A stretch of DNA of 63,513 bases, the filler included, from Thraustochytrium aureum (taxonomy: Eukaryota), in NCBI GenBank assembly GCA_012862495.1. It is 5 parts of 4 records of this genome, joined end to end, with 100 filler letters (N's around TTAATTAATTAA, not from the genome) between each part and the next. Parts side by side here need not be neighbours in the genome. Positions count along the whole stretch, not along the records: positions 21,805 to 50,094 come from BLSG01000312.1; positions 50,195 to 57,287 come from BLSG01000313.1; positions 57,388 to 59,005 come from BLSG01000314.1; positions 59,106 to 63,513 come from BLSG01000315.1; 1 more part is not named here. One strand, written 5' to 3'. Under the pieces are notes generated by a model. It saw only the letters and a list, made by a program, of their open reading frames with translations, searched no databases and was not told the origin of the DNA. Of the stretch, positions 47,036 to 59,252 are shown one piece after another. Positions within the stretch are counted from its first letter, which is position 1; each line of letters starts with the position of its first letter. The translations under genes and the position numbers were made by a program.

Positions 47036-47665
47036 GTTGTCCTCGGATCGACTCGCGCTACAGGGCGTGATTCACAGATCGCCGCCTTCGTTCGGGCTTT
47101 GCCTGCGCTGTCGGCAGTGCAGTCGTTGCGTTGACGATTGGAGCGCCAACAATGCCAAGCAGCACCCACTCTTGCAAGCCCAATTCTTGCAGCGGTGGTC
47201 TGGCCGAGAACGTCCGCCACTCTGCTCTAGCTGCTAGCTTGAGCTGCTCGAAGAGAGAGCCCAAGCAAGCACCGAACGGCCTTGAACAAGACTCCGAGTC
47301 GGCCCAGGACGCTTGTCGTCACAGTAAACCTGTGTCGAGACACCCTTCTTCAACCCAAGCAGTCGCCAGCCTGATCACGAAAGGCTGCCACTCGTCAGGC
47401 TGCCAGTGCCAAGCGTATGTGGACTCATTGTGGAGTGAGGAAGTACTCACTCAGTACTGGCGTGGATTGGACCAGTCGAGAGCAAGTCCAGAGTTCCGCC
47501 TTGTCTTCATTCGGCGAAGCAAGGCGCGCGCAAACAAACTGCCACTCCGAGTCCTTGCTGATGACACGCGCAGGCCAAGTCTCGCCCCCAACTCACAGAA
47601 GTCGAACAAGTCGGCATTTTGCACGAACGAAGGACACACCTTGCTTGGGTCGGAGTGCGCGTGCT

Positions 47666-48200
47666 GATTCGTGTCGTTCGTGTCGTTCGTGTGTTCGTGT
47701 CGNNNNNNNNNNNNNNNNNNNNNNNNNNNNNNNNNNNNNNNNNNNNNNNNNNNNNNNNNNNNNNNNNNNNNNNNNNNNNNNNNNNNNNNNNNNNNNNNNN
47801 NNNNNNNNNNNNNNNNNNNNNNNNNNNNNNNNNNNNNNNNNNNNNNNNNNNNNNNNNNNNNNNNNNNNNNNNNNNNNNNNNNNNNNNNNNNNNNNNNNNN
47901 NNNNNNNNNNNNNNNNNNNNNNNNNNNNNNNNNNNNNNNNNNNNNNNNNNNNNNNNNNNNNNNNNNNNNNNNNNNNNNNNNNNNNNNNNNNNNNNNNNNN
48001 NNNNNNNNNNNNNNNNNNNNNNNNNNNNNNNNNNNNNNNNNNNNNNNNNNNNNNNNNNNNNNNNNNTTGGTTCGTTCGCTCCTTCGCGTCGTTCGTTCCG
48101 TTCGTTTCATTTCGTTCGTTCGTTCGTTTCGTGTCGTTCGTTCTTTTCGCTCGTTTCGCTCGTTTTGTTCGTTAGTGTCGTTCGTTCGTTTGTTCGTCCG
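47666..48200 (+). repeat. TTCG/TTCGTG-rich simple repeat flanking a gap
   Basis: Directly visible on both sides of the gap. Confidence 0.85.
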
Positions 48201-48269
48201 TCCTCGTCGACATTGCCAGTGATTTTCGCCACGCTGTGATGAAATCAATCAAAAATTGACGTCGACGAG

Positions 48270-48878
48270 ATGGCTTCGATGGGCGCCCGCCGCGCCGGGC
48301 CGCTGCCCAAGATGGTCGTGTTTGACCTCGATGCGTGCTTGTGGACGCCCGAAATGTTTCAGCTGCCTTGCTGCCCGTCGGTTCCGGTGCGCGGGGACTT
48401 GCTGGGGCGCGGCGAAGGCGTGGTTGGACTCAAGTGCGGGGCAGCAGGCCCCACTGTGGAGCTCTACCCCGGCGCGCTCGCGGCGCTGCAGGAGCTGGTG
48501 AGCCGCGAAGAGTGGGGCGGCGTCGTGATCGCCGCGGCGAGCAGCTCGCTGGAGCCGAGCTACTCGGCGGCCTGCATGAGGCAGCTCGAGGCGCTGCCGG
48601 GGCTTGGGCTGGACGAGGTTTTCCATTTCAAGGCCATCGGGCGCGACGGGGAGCTCTCTCCCGACAAGAAGACGCACTTTACCAAACTGCACAACGAGTC
48701 TGGCGTGCCATACAGCGAGATGCTTTTCTTCGACGACTGCATTTGGGGCGACAATGTGGGCCGCGTCGCGGCCTTGTTCGGGGTCCCTGGCGTCCGCACT
48801 CCGAACGGCATCACGCCCGAGGCCTGGGAGGAAGGACTCGCAAAGTTTGCCTCGCACAAAGCAGCGCAGGCCAAGTAA
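48270..48878 (+). CDS. MDP1: Magnesium-dependent phosphatase 1-like HAD
   Basis: PKMVVFDLDACLW, LYPG, AASS, K..HF..L...SGVPYSEMLFFDD, GIT...W..GL..F. Confidence 0.88.
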   Translation: MASMGARRAGPLPKMVVFDLDACLWTPEMFQLPCCPSVPVRGDLLGRGEGVVGLKCGAAGPTVELYPGALAALQELVSREEWGGVVIAAASSSLEPSYSAACMRQLEALPGLGLDEVFHFKAIGRDGELSPDKKTHFTKLHNESGVPYSEMLFFDDCIWGDNVGRVAALFGVPGVRTPNGITPEAWEEGLAKFASHKAAQAK

Positions 48879-49671
48879 ACGCGTGGTCGAAGCCTCGGAA
48901 CGGATCCTCCTTGCTTCTCCTGTACCAGTGAACAAAGCCATTTCGTGACGGTTTCGCCGGACCGGGCCCATCGTACGAGGCGGGCCCGCGCCAAGCGCGT
49001 GGCTGGGTAGACGCTTGGGTAGACGCCTGGCTCGTCGTTTCTCAGGAGGGTCATTTCGCAACCGCACGGCCAACAGGTTGCCGTTCTGTCCGCCCCGACA
49101 AGGTGCGGCTGTCGCACGTCAACGGACATGTGCGCTTGCGCTCGTGTGTTCTGAGCTGGGAAGGCGCAGCGTCAGCGTCACTCAGCTCATGAGTAGAACA
49201 GGCTACGATGGGCCGCGAAATACTTTTGCTCCCTCTTTTGCAACGTCTTCCAACGCGCCCATGGCGTCTGCTTGCCAAGAAAGACAACGAATTCGGCAAG
49301 GTGCAAGCGTTGGTCGCCTCTACTCGGCCCTCCGAACAAACAAACGTCCTGGGTTTACGCTCCAGGCTGCTAACGTCGTGCAGTTGGGCCACGACTCTGC
49401 CTGGACGGGCAGGGAGAATTGCTTCTCTGGCGCCTTTGTGACTTGATCGACAATGGCCGTTCGTCTCTTTCCCTTTCGCGAGCGGTTTTGACGGAAAGAA
49501 GCGAAAGAGCCGGATTGCTCGGCCTGCCAGGAATGAAGCCCCGTTGTGAAATTGTGACAGTCCCCATTCGCGATCAAGCTCTGCGTCACAAACGGTCGAG
49601 GTCGGCACACTTTGCTTGCACGAAGCCAGTCGAAATTCACTTTGGCCGAACCAAGCGCCCCGATCTCCAAA

Positions 49672-50094
49672 ATGAAGCATGTTGGTTTAGCACTGCTGGC
49701 AGCGGCGCTTGTGTCGCACGCCCAGGCAGGCGCGGAGCGCCTCCGCGGGCTAACGGAGGATCAACTCATTACCCTCCCACCTTTCCCGTCTGGAGGTGAT
49801 GACGACAGCCACTATGACAAGGACATTGACGCCAACGAGCGGGACTACAGTTCGATCGTCGTTGACACTGAGTACACCTCCGCTCTAAGCTACTCTTCGA
49901 CCACTGAAAGTGACGATTACACAACCAACATCGACGCGAACTCAACTGACGACTACACTCGCACGAAAGACGTGTACGGATCCACTGGCCAGAACGAGAC
50001 GGAGAGCTACACAACTGACGAGTACACGGCAAGTGACACGAACCCGCCTAGCGAATACTCTTCGACGAGCGACGAGTACACGTCGACAAGCCAG
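49672..50094 (+). CDS. Secreted Ser/Thr/Asp/Tyr-rich protein, truncated at the scaffold end
   Basis: Signal peptide MKHVGLALLAAALVSHAQA, RLRG motif, repeated (D/E)Y(T/S) units. Confidence 0.65.
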
Positions 50095-50138
50095 NNNNNN
50101 NNNNNNNNNNNNNNNNNNNNNNNNNNNNNNNNNNNNNN

Positions 50139-50150
50139 TTAATTAATTAA
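50139..50150. other. Artificial scaffold linker
   Basis: TTAATTAATTAA between N runs. Confidence 0.95.
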
Positions 50151-50382
50151 NNNNNNNNNNNNNNNNNNNNNNNNNNNNNNNNNNNNNNNNNNNNAGAAAG
50201 GACACTTGGCCACAAACACCCAGCCAGAGAGCCAGGCAGCGACCAGGCAGCGAGCCAGGCAGGTTTGCAGGTTTGCAGGCGAGCGGAGGCGCGCGGTGGA
50301 CGCGGACAGAAGTGCACGCGCGTTGCACGGCGGCTGCTTGCTTGGGTCCTGAAGGCGTGACGGAAGGAAGGCGACGGCAAAG

Positions 50383-52916
50383 ATGGCCTACCGCGGTGCA
50401 CGCAGCGGCGTCGTGAATGACTTGGTGATGCTCGACCAGCTGAGCGAGCAGGCCGTGCTGGAAGCGCTGGGGAGGAGGCACGCCGCGGACGAGATCTACA
50501 CCTACATCGGCGAGACGCTCATCTCGGTCAACCCGTACAAGTCTGTGAGCGGGCTCTACGGGACCTCGCAGATGAAAAAGTACATCTCGAAGAAGGACTA
50601 CCAGAACGCGCCGCACGCGTACGCCACCGCGGAGCGCGCGTACCGCAACATGCAGCTGCAGACCTCGAACGAGTGCATCGTGATCACAGGCGAGTCCGGC
50701 TCGGGCAAGACCGAAGCCTCCAAGGTGTGCATGAACTACATCGCCTTTCTTGCCTCAAAGTCCAAGCACGTGCAGCGCGTCAAGGAGCAGCTGCTCGAGA
50801 CCAACCCGCTGCTCGAGGCGTTCGGGAACGCCAAGACCCGCCGCAACGACAACTCGAGCCGGTTCGGCAAGTACTTTGAGATCCTCTTCAAGTTCAACGA
50901 CCCGGAAGGCGGCCGCATCAGCCAGTTCCTGCTGGAAAAGAACCGCGTCACCGCGCAGCAGCAGGGCGAGCGCAACTTTCACATCTTCTACCAGATGCTG
51001 ACCGACTCGCGCCTCTGCCGCGAACTGGGCCTCTCGGGCGGCCACAGCTCGTTCCGCTACTTTAGCGATCCCTCCGCCGCCTCGGTGCGCACCTTGGACG
51101 ACGGCCGGGATTTCAGCGAGACGACGCGCGCCATGGACTGGGTGGGCATCCGCGACCAGGACCAGGTCGCCATCTTTGCCATCCTGGCCGGCATCCTGCA
51201 CCTCGGCAACGTCGAGTTTCAGGCCGCGGGCCGCGACAAGAGCACAGTGAGCAACCAAGCCGCCCTGCGCCAGGCCGCCGACTTGCTCGGCGTGCAGGAG
51301 CGCGACCTCGGCATCGCGCTCACGCACCGCACGGTCAAGAGCGGGATCGAGAGCGTGCGCACCGGCCTCAGCGTCGAGAAGGCTGCCTTCGCGCGCGACT
51401 CGCTGGCCAAGAGCCTCTACGGCAAGGTGTTCGAGTGGATCGTGGCCCGCGCCAACGAGACCATCCACTGCGAGCAGTTCTCCACCTCGATCGGCGTGCT
51501 CGACATCTACGGCTTTGAGATCCTCGGGGTCAACGGGTTTGAGCAGCTCTGCATCAACCACACCAACGAGCGCCTGCACCAGCTCTTCATCGAGCTCACT
51601 CTGCGCCGCGAGCAGGAGGAGTACCAGAAGGAGGGCATCGCCTGGTCCAAGATCGACTTTATGGACAACCTGCCCATCTGCACCATGATCGAGCGCCGCG
51701 GCGGTGTGTACAGCCTCATCGACGAGGAGTCCATCTTCCCGCAGGGCTCGGACGCCTCGCTCATGAAAAAGCTCGCCAGCAACATGCGCGACCGCTACTT
51801 TGAGCCCTCGCGCCAGAGCCCGTCCCAGTTCGTCATCAAGCACTACGCCGGCGCCGTGACGTACGACACCAACGGCATGCTCGACAGCAACAAGGACACG
51901 CTCTTCTCGGACCTCGTCCTCGTCAGCAACACGAGCCGCAACCCGATCGTGGGCCAGGTCTTCCGCGACCACCCCGCCGCGGAGACGGGCCGCAAGACCA
52001 ACAAGCGCCCGCCCACCACCTGCATGCAGTACAAGAAGCAGGTGTTTGACCTCATGGAGACCCTCAAGAGCTGCAACCAGCACTACATCCGCTGCATCAA
52101 GCCCAACGACCAAAAGCGCAGCGGCATTTTCCAGAACGACCTCTCCCTCGAGCAGGTCCGCTACCTCGGGCTCTTGGAGAACGTCAAGGTGCGCCGCGCC
52201 GGCTACGCGTTCCGCATGGAGTTTACCGAGTTTATGTCAAAGTACAAGGTCACGCTCAAGGGCCACCCCGAGTTCGAGCCCGACGCCAAGCGCGGCGTGC
52301 AGCGCATCCTCCAGAACGCCGGCGCGCGCGACTTTGAGCTCGGTCGCACCAAAGTCTTCATCAAGGACGCCAAGACCATCCTCGGCATCGAGGACGCGCG
52401 CAAGGCCTTCCTTGACCAGGCCTCGGCCTTTCTGCCCGAGGACGACGGCCTCATCTACGCCGACAAGTGCCTCAGCTTCGACTCGCGGTTCGTGCGCAAC
52501 AGCCACTTTTTCGCGTCGGCGGCAAGGGGTTTTACTGGTTTTCGCAGACGGGCGTGCTCGAGCACTTTGTGTCGATGGCGAACATCGAGCTCCTCGCGTA
52601 CAACGACCGCGAGGGCTGGATGGTGACTTGCAGCAGCTACGACGCGCAGCCCACCAAGCAGGACCCCAATCCGCCGCGCGTGCAGCTCAGCTACCTCAGC
52701 TCCAACATTTATGGGTCGGAGATTGCAAACTTTTGCGAGATCCTCAAGACCAACATGAACTACGACATCCAGGTCTCGACCTCGAGCACCATTCCCATGA
52801 ACGCCCAAGACCCGCAGCGGTACAAGGAGGACCTCAAGAGCATTGCCAAGGGCGCGCTCGGTCTGCCGATGATTCAGAACACGCCGCCCGCCAAGGGCTG
52901 CTGCACTATTTCGTAG
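50383..52916 (+). CDS. Class I-like myosin with short TH1/PH-like tail and C-terminal CaaX; frameshift in a T run near 52507
   Basis: GESGSGKT, LEAFGNAKT.RNDNSSRFGKY, DIYGFE, HYIRCIKPND, VRYLGLLENVKVRRAGYA, GRTKVFIK; tail ends KGCCTIS*. Confidence 0.92.
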
Positions 52917-53334
52917 AGATCAACGCCGCACGTCCGCGGTGCCGGTCAAAATATTGTGTTGTGTCTTTCGCACTCTCGCTCTGCTCTGCTACCGCGTTGT
53001 TGCGTTCAAGTTGTTGCCAAGCCGGGCTCGTTGCGAACGACGCGCGCAAAAGGAGCCAGCGCGTGTCCGTCAGTGCGTCGCATGTGCGAACGCGCGCGCG
53101 CGTTTTCGGCCGCGGAATTGATCGATCCCGCGTTGACCGCCGCGAGCCTCGCGGCGTAAATGCGGCGCAAGATTCTCACCAAGGGTACCGCGTCGCGTCT
53201 CGTGCCAAGCGAGCGCGGGAGAAACAACTCTGTAGGGCATGGTCAAAGAGAAGACTCTTGCGCAAGCTCGTGCTCCGCTGGGTGAAGGCAACATGATGGG
53301 GCCAAAGCTTGCTTACATTGTGTTTCCTCGCCAA

Positions 53335-55403
53335 TTACAGCTTGGCCTCTGGCGCCAGTATGCCCACCCGATAGTTCTCCGCCTCGGCAATCGCGAAAGT
53401 GCTGTGCTTGGTGATCTCAAACAGCCGCGTCACGTCCTTGCCAGCTGCGCGCACAAGGACGTCGCCGCCGCCCGGATGGTCGCGCAGCCAAGGCGTGACG
53501 TCGTACACTTTGCCGGAAATCACAAANNNNNNNNNNNNNNNNNNNNNNNNNNNNNNNNNNNNNNNNNNNNNNNNNNNNNNNNNNNNNNNNNNNNNNNNNN
53601 NNNNNNNNNNNNNNNNNNNNNNNNNNNNNNNAAATCACAAACCAATACCCCGCCTCGGCGCTTGTGTGCTTCTGCACCTCTGCCATCGAAATGAGCCGGT
53701 CCTTGTTAGCCGCCTCTTCGCGTTGCTCCTTCTGCACCTCCCCAAGCCGCTTGACGGCGTCCTCCAACGTGGCGCGCTTCGCCGGGGCCTCGGCGGCAAT
53801 TCGGGCCTCTGCGCGGGCCTCTGCCTCCGCGTCGCGCGGTCGGGTCTCAAGCGTGACATGGCAACCGTCTTGGACCTCGATGAAGCCGAGGATCTGGTCG
53901 CTCTTGAGCGTGTTGAACTCTGCCTTTCGCTGGCCTGGCCCCTTGAACAAGCGATAGCCCGAAACCACGCTGGCCCAGAGCATGATCGCAAACTCTTGCG
54001 CGAGGTTGCGCCCGATGCACGAATGGCCACCGATTGAGAACGGGAAAAACCCTTCCTTGGCGAAGCCGCGCGCGCGGGCAGGCTCGTTCGGGCCAGCCTC
54101 GTTGAACCGGTCCGGGTTGAACGTCAGGGGGTCCTCCCAAAACTTGGCGTGCCGATGCGCTCCGTACAGGTTTGCCATCACGTTCGTGCCTGCTGGGATC
54201 GTAAAGTCGCCCAGCGGCGAGGCCTCGGTGCAGTGGCGGGGTGCCACCGAGGTGGACGGCGTGTAGAGGCGTAGGCACTCCATCATCACACACTTGAGGT
54301 ATTGCAGCTGCATCAGCTTGTCGTACGTGTACAGGTCGCGGTTGCGCGAGCCCGGCACTGCCCTGCCCTCCTTCGCAGCCTGCTTGGCCTCCGCCGCAGG
54401 CAGGCCGCCCAGAACGCAATGCAGCTCCTCCAGGACACGCTCTTGCACCTCGGGGTGCTGGGCGAGCATTTCGATTGCGATTGTCAGCATTCGCGCGGTG
54501 TTCCCCACCCCGGCCAGAAAACCAATCATGTTTGAGACGGCCTCCAGCTCGGTGGGCTCCTTGCCCATGGGGCACTCGGCGGACCGGTTGGCGAGGTTGG
54601 CCTCCACCATGTGCGAGAGGATGTTGTGGTTTACGGTGGCCCCGTCCTTGATTTGCCAAAGGCCTCGGTGAACGTGTCCGCCAGCACCTTCTTGTTGGCC
54701 TCAAACTCCTCGGTGACCGCTTTAGGCTCGGTCTCGCGCCAGCGCTTGTTCATAGCGCGGTTCAAAAAGATGCGGTCGCACGCCTTCAGGGCGTCCAGCT
54801 GCGGGCACTCGCCGGTGCGGACCGCCCCATAGGTACGGCCCATGCTGATCGCGGCTGACACGTCTGCTGCAGCGAGCTCGGCCAGCTCGTACGCCTCTAG
54901 CTCGGCCTGGCCACCGCCGCCGCCGCCGCCGTGGCTCGCGCGCTGCGCCTCGATGCGGTCCAGCACGTCTGCGACGATCTCGCTCAGCGGCTCGACCATT
55001 TTGGCGTTGTGCGGCTCCGCGAAGAGCCACTGCGAGAGCATGCGCTTGTTGGCCTGGTGCTCCTCGCCATCAAGGGCGATCTGAGCGCGCCCGAACAGGA
55101 TCTTCACATTGGCGATCACGTTGGGGGGTCGAGGAAACGCTCCGTCGCCGACCCGCCCAGCAGCTCGCGGATCTGAACAGGGTCGCGTGTGACCACCAGC
55201 GGCACGTCGCCGAGCGGCAGCATGAACACATCCCCAAACTCTTCATGCAGCTTTTGGTACGTGTTGATGTCGCGCAGGTTGAGCTTCTTCGCGACGCTCC
55301 TCGGCGGTCCGGGAGGATAGCCCTTTGACATGAGCTCTTTGTTCAGCTCGTCGTTCAGCCCTGCCTGCCGGAGGTCCACATGCTCCCGCGGCTGCACCTC
55401 CAT
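53335..55403 (-). CDS. Cytochrome P450 fused to a C-terminal cytochrome b5 domain; frameshifts near 55120 and 54650
   Basis: ECLR (ExxR), FNPDRF, heme motif FSIGGHSCIG; b5 motifs EVQKH..WFVISGKVYDVT.WL.DHPGG...AGKDVT..F...HS. Confidence 0.9.
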
Positions 55404-56752
55404 TGCTCCCTGGCCTCTGCCCTCGCTCCTGGTCCAGCGCCGGAGATCGGTCGCTCGTGCTCGCCCGTTCAGGCTTTGCTCTGTGCCGGCGCGCGGGCGG
55501 CTCTGAAAGCTGAANNNNNNNNNNNNNNNNNNNNNNNNNNNNNNNNNNNNNNNNNNNNNNNNNNNNNNNNNNNNNNNNNNNNNNNNNNNNNNNNNNNNNN
55601 NNNNNNNNNNNNNNNNNNNNNNNNNNNNNNNNNNNNNNNNNNNNNNNNNNNNNNNNNNNNNNNNNNNNNNNNNNNNNNNNNNNNNNNNNNNNNNNNNNNN
55701 NNNNNNNNNNNNNNNNNNNNNNNNNNNNNNNNNNNNNNNNNNNNNNNNNNNNNNNNNNNNNNNNNNNNNNNNNNNNNNNNNNNNNNNNNNNNNNNNNNNN
55801 NNNNNNNNNNNNNNNNNNNNNNNNNNNNNNNNNNNNNNNNNNNNNNNNNNNNNNNNNNNNNNNNNNNNNNNNNNNNNNNNNNNNNNNNNNNNNNNNNNNA
55901 AAGAAGGCGCGAAGCGCATGCCGTAATGTGAAGCGCAACTTCCGCGGCACAACAGCGAGCATGATCGACAGCTTCCAGGCCACGCTGACGCCGCACTGTT
56001 GGTGGGGCAACGACTGCCGCGTGCTCAACAAGTTCGCGCCGCTCTACGACACGTACCAGCCAGGCGATCAGGCCTAGATGCGACGTTTTACCTGCTCCTC
56101 GAAGGCGCCTGAGCAGTGCAGATCTCAAGCAACGAGTCGCACAAGGTCACGCGAGCAGGAGGGCAAACTCGCTGAGGCCTACGAGTAGGTCGTGCGCGCG
56201 AAAGAAGCCGCGAGCTAGTCAGGCTGAACTGGAATCACAACCAAATCGCCTTCCGAAGTTCCGATACTACTCACTCATGCACGATAATTCTGCTGTACTC
56301 CATTTGGGTGGGTTCAATTGTGACCAGGGGCATCCGCCATGCCGTTTTGCACGACGCGCTCGCGCTCGCCCTCTCGATTCACAACAGTTTCGTCCCTCAT
56401 TCGAGGCGATTGCTCCGTCATTTTCGTCTCCTCCACACTGAAGAACAGAAGAAGCGCTCTAATCAATAAAGAACAGAAGAAACGTTCTTGATCTCGTTCA
56501 TCGATCGAGGAACATAAAGAGCAAAAGGAACGCGAGAAGACAGTAAAGGATCAAGAGAAGCGTTCCATGGTGGAGGGAAAATTTGCGAGCAGAGCGCGAA
56601 CAGCACGCGGGCTGCCCGTCGAGCGCGACGCGGGTTGCGCGCAGTGTTGCAAGCAGGCACGCCAGGCAGGCAGGCAGGCAGGCTGGCAGGCTGGCAACGG
56701 GCTGGCGTACCTGAGGCCTGGCGTTTCTGTTGTCTCAACTGTGGCGGAGCAG

Positions 56753-57287
56753 ATGGGGGCGGTTCAATCGAATGACGACGACGGGCAGGACGCCGGCTGC
56801 GCTGAGACCGGGCCAGACTCTCCAGCGCTCGGCGCGACGGCATGGGACGCCGTCGTGGTGTGCGCGAATGATGCGGAGACCTGCAAGGTCTACGCTGCGG
56901 CGCTGGAGCTGCGGAAGACGACAGGCAAGCTGCCGGCAGGGTGCAAGGTTTTGGAAGCCGCGCTCGAGGGCGGCTTGCGGCTTCCAGGTTCTGGCGCGGC
57001 CGCAGCGAACGGGATTGTGGCCGTGGCAAGGCATTTCGGGCGCATGGTGGACGTTCTCCCGCGCGTTTTGGTGCTCCTTCTCGGGAAAACGCCCCACTTC
57101 CTTGACCTAGCCGCCTCCTCCCCACCCGTCGTTGACGGCGACGCGCTTCTTTCTTGGGCCGACCTGGCGTTGGACGCAATCGCAAAGCTTTTGGGGCTGC
57201 CATTCTGGCGCCTGGGCTCGGGTTTTCCATCTCGACGCAATTCTCGTCGGGGCGTCCGCTCTCGACACGACCACAGTTGACCACGAT
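56753..57287 (+). CDS. N-terminal fragment of an L-fucokinase/fucose-1-phosphate guanylyltransferase-like protein
   Basis: WDAVVVCA......Y...LELR...GKLP.......GSGAA..N.......RVLVL resembles the FUK/FPGT N-terminus; truncated at the linker. Confidence 0.6.
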
Positions 57288-57331
57288 NNNNNNNNNNNNN
57301 NNNNNNNNNNNNNNNNNNNNNNNNNNNNNNN

Positions 57332-57343
57332 TTAATTAATTAA
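57332..57343. other. Artificial scaffold linker
   Basis: TTAATTAATTAA between N runs. Confidence 0.95.
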
Positions 57344-57819
57344 NNNNNNNNNNNNNNNNNNNNNNNNNNNNNNNNNNNNNNNNNNNNGAGGCGGCTGCCG
57401 CTGCGGCGGGCCTGGATTTCAGCGTGCCAGCCGATCAGCAAGTGTACGCAAGCAGAGCCGACTTCGCCTGCGCCACCTCGGCTGTGGAGCAGAGCGGGCC
57501 CCACATTGCCGATGATTCGAACTGGCTCGAGCAGCTCCTTGAGTGGCATGACGAGACTGGGCTCGAGGCTGTCCCGTAGGAGAACCGCCCCCCGCCCCAG
57601 CGTTGGTTGGCCGGGTGACCCGGCCCGATCGTGCCCTGTTGATTTGTTGAGGATTTTCTTCCAAAGCGATTTTCATGAATGCAATTTTGATGGAGAGGCA
57701 CGTCTCGGCGAGCACAAAAACAAGAGAAACTTGTCTTCCTTGGCTTTTTGCTTTCCTAGTTCATTTCCCGTTGGCGGGAGCGGGCGCGGGTGGCCTCCGG
57801 TGCGCCTGTGCGCTCCCGC

Positions 57820-59005
57820 TCAGTGGCCTTCGTTGATGTCCAGGTCAGTGAGCAAGTGCGAGACGAAATCCTGCAATTGAGGGTCGTCCACCTCTTGAGC
57901 CGGGTCGCTGTCGTCCTCCACCCTAGTCCGAATCCCGTGCGAAGCGGGGTTGCCCAGCGCAGACACCGACCGCTGGCTTTCGCCGCTCAAGTTGACGCCG
58001 CCAAAGGACGAGAACGCGCCGCTCCCAAACATAAGCGGTGGAGAGCACGAGTCGGGCCGCATGGACGGCGAGAGCGACGACACGGACGTGTTGGCCGAAG
58101 GGCCCATAAGAAACGGCGAGATTGCACCGAAGCGAGGAGGCATGGGGCCAGGGGCGCGGCTCTGCGGCGCGGGAGTAGCCGCTCCGCTGATCGAGGACGC
58201 ACCCGACGATCCGTAGAACTGCGACGAAGAGGCCATGCTGACTGAGCTGGAGTTGCTCATCCGGCTCGGCAGCCCGCTGCTCCCAGCAACGAGGTCGCTG
58301 ATCACACTCTCCGGGGACGGATTCTCCTCGTTGCGCTGCTTTTGCAGCTGCTTGATCGCCTCACTGATGAAGGGGCACTCGCGCGCCACGTGGCCGACCT
58401 TGCCGCACTGAAAGCACTTGCGGCCGTACGGGCAGTTCTTCAAGCGGTGCCCTGGCTCGGAGCAGTTCAAGCAAATGTTCCGCTTCTTCTCTCCACCCTC
58501 GGCGTCACCAGCCAGGGGCGGTTCCGCGCCCTCGGCCGACTCGTGGATTTCGCTCACACCAGAGCCGACAGTCCCGGGCGTGGTCGGCGACGCGCCACGC
58601 GAGGTGACCTGCTCTGGCGTCGCGGCGCGCCCCTGCGCGCGCGCGTCGGCCTGGGCCGCCTCGTCGGCGGCGTTTGCCAGCTCGTGGGCGGTCTCCTTTG
58701 CTAGGGCGGAAAACTTGCACTGCTTGGCCACGTGCGTGGTGAGCCCGCAGAGGAAGCAGGCTCGGGGCTGCACACAATCGCGCGAGAGGTGGCCGACCTT
58801 GTCGCAGTTGAAGCAGCGCATGTCGTCGGGGTTTTCGACGGGGGCGCCGCCCTCGGCGTCCTCGCCGTTGGTGCTCGGGCTCTTCTTCTTCTTCTTCTTC
58901 TTTCGCTTCTTCTTCTTGTCCTTGTCGTCCGCCGACTCTGAGCCCGCAACGCTCCCAAGCTGCTGCTGCTGCTGCTGCGGCGGCGTTGGGGTTCGACGCG
59001 GCGGC
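57820..59005 (-). CDS. CCHC zinc-knuckle nucleic-acid-binding protein (5' truncated)
   Basis: Four CX2CX4HX4C knuckles (CFNCDKVGHLSRDC, CFLCGLTTHVAKQC, CLNCSEPGHRLKNC, CFQCGKVGHVAREC), a poly-Lys stretch and a Ser-rich tail. Confidence 0.85.
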
Positions 59006-59049
59006 NNNNNNNNNNNNNNNNNNNNNNNNNNNNNNNNNNNNNNNNNNNN

Positions 59050-59061
59050 TTAATTAATTAA
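59050..59061. other. Artificial scaffold linker
   Basis: TTAATTAATTAA between N runs. Confidence 0.95.
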
Positions 59062-59252
59062 NNNNNNNNNNNNNNNNNNNNNNNNNNNNNNNNNNNNNNN
59101 NNNNNCGCCATCGCGCCCTCGCCTCCCTCGCTCTGCTTGACTCGCCTGCTCGCGCGCTCGCTCTGCTATGCTGCTGTTCCGCTGTTGCTGCTCTGCCAGT
59201 GGTTCACACAAAGTTCCAGTCTGCTCATGGTGGCAGTGGGCAGTGACCTTTT

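Noticed and set aside
45900..55130. Many frameshifts suggesting programmed frameshifting, RNA editing or mass pseudogenisation
   Set aside because: Several lie in homopolymer runs (ALDH near 45915, myosin near 52507, P450 near 54650 and 55120) in otherwise intact conserved genes; sequencing indel error is the simpler explanation.
57388..57579. Short plus-strand 3' fragment ending WLEQLLEWHDETGLEAVP as the continuation of the fucokinase-like gene
   Set aside because: Separated by an artificial linker and no diagnostic motif.
57820..59005. CCHC knuckles as retrotransposon Gag
   Set aside because: No protease, RT or integrase and no LTR downstream; the Ser-rich tail fits a cellular protein.
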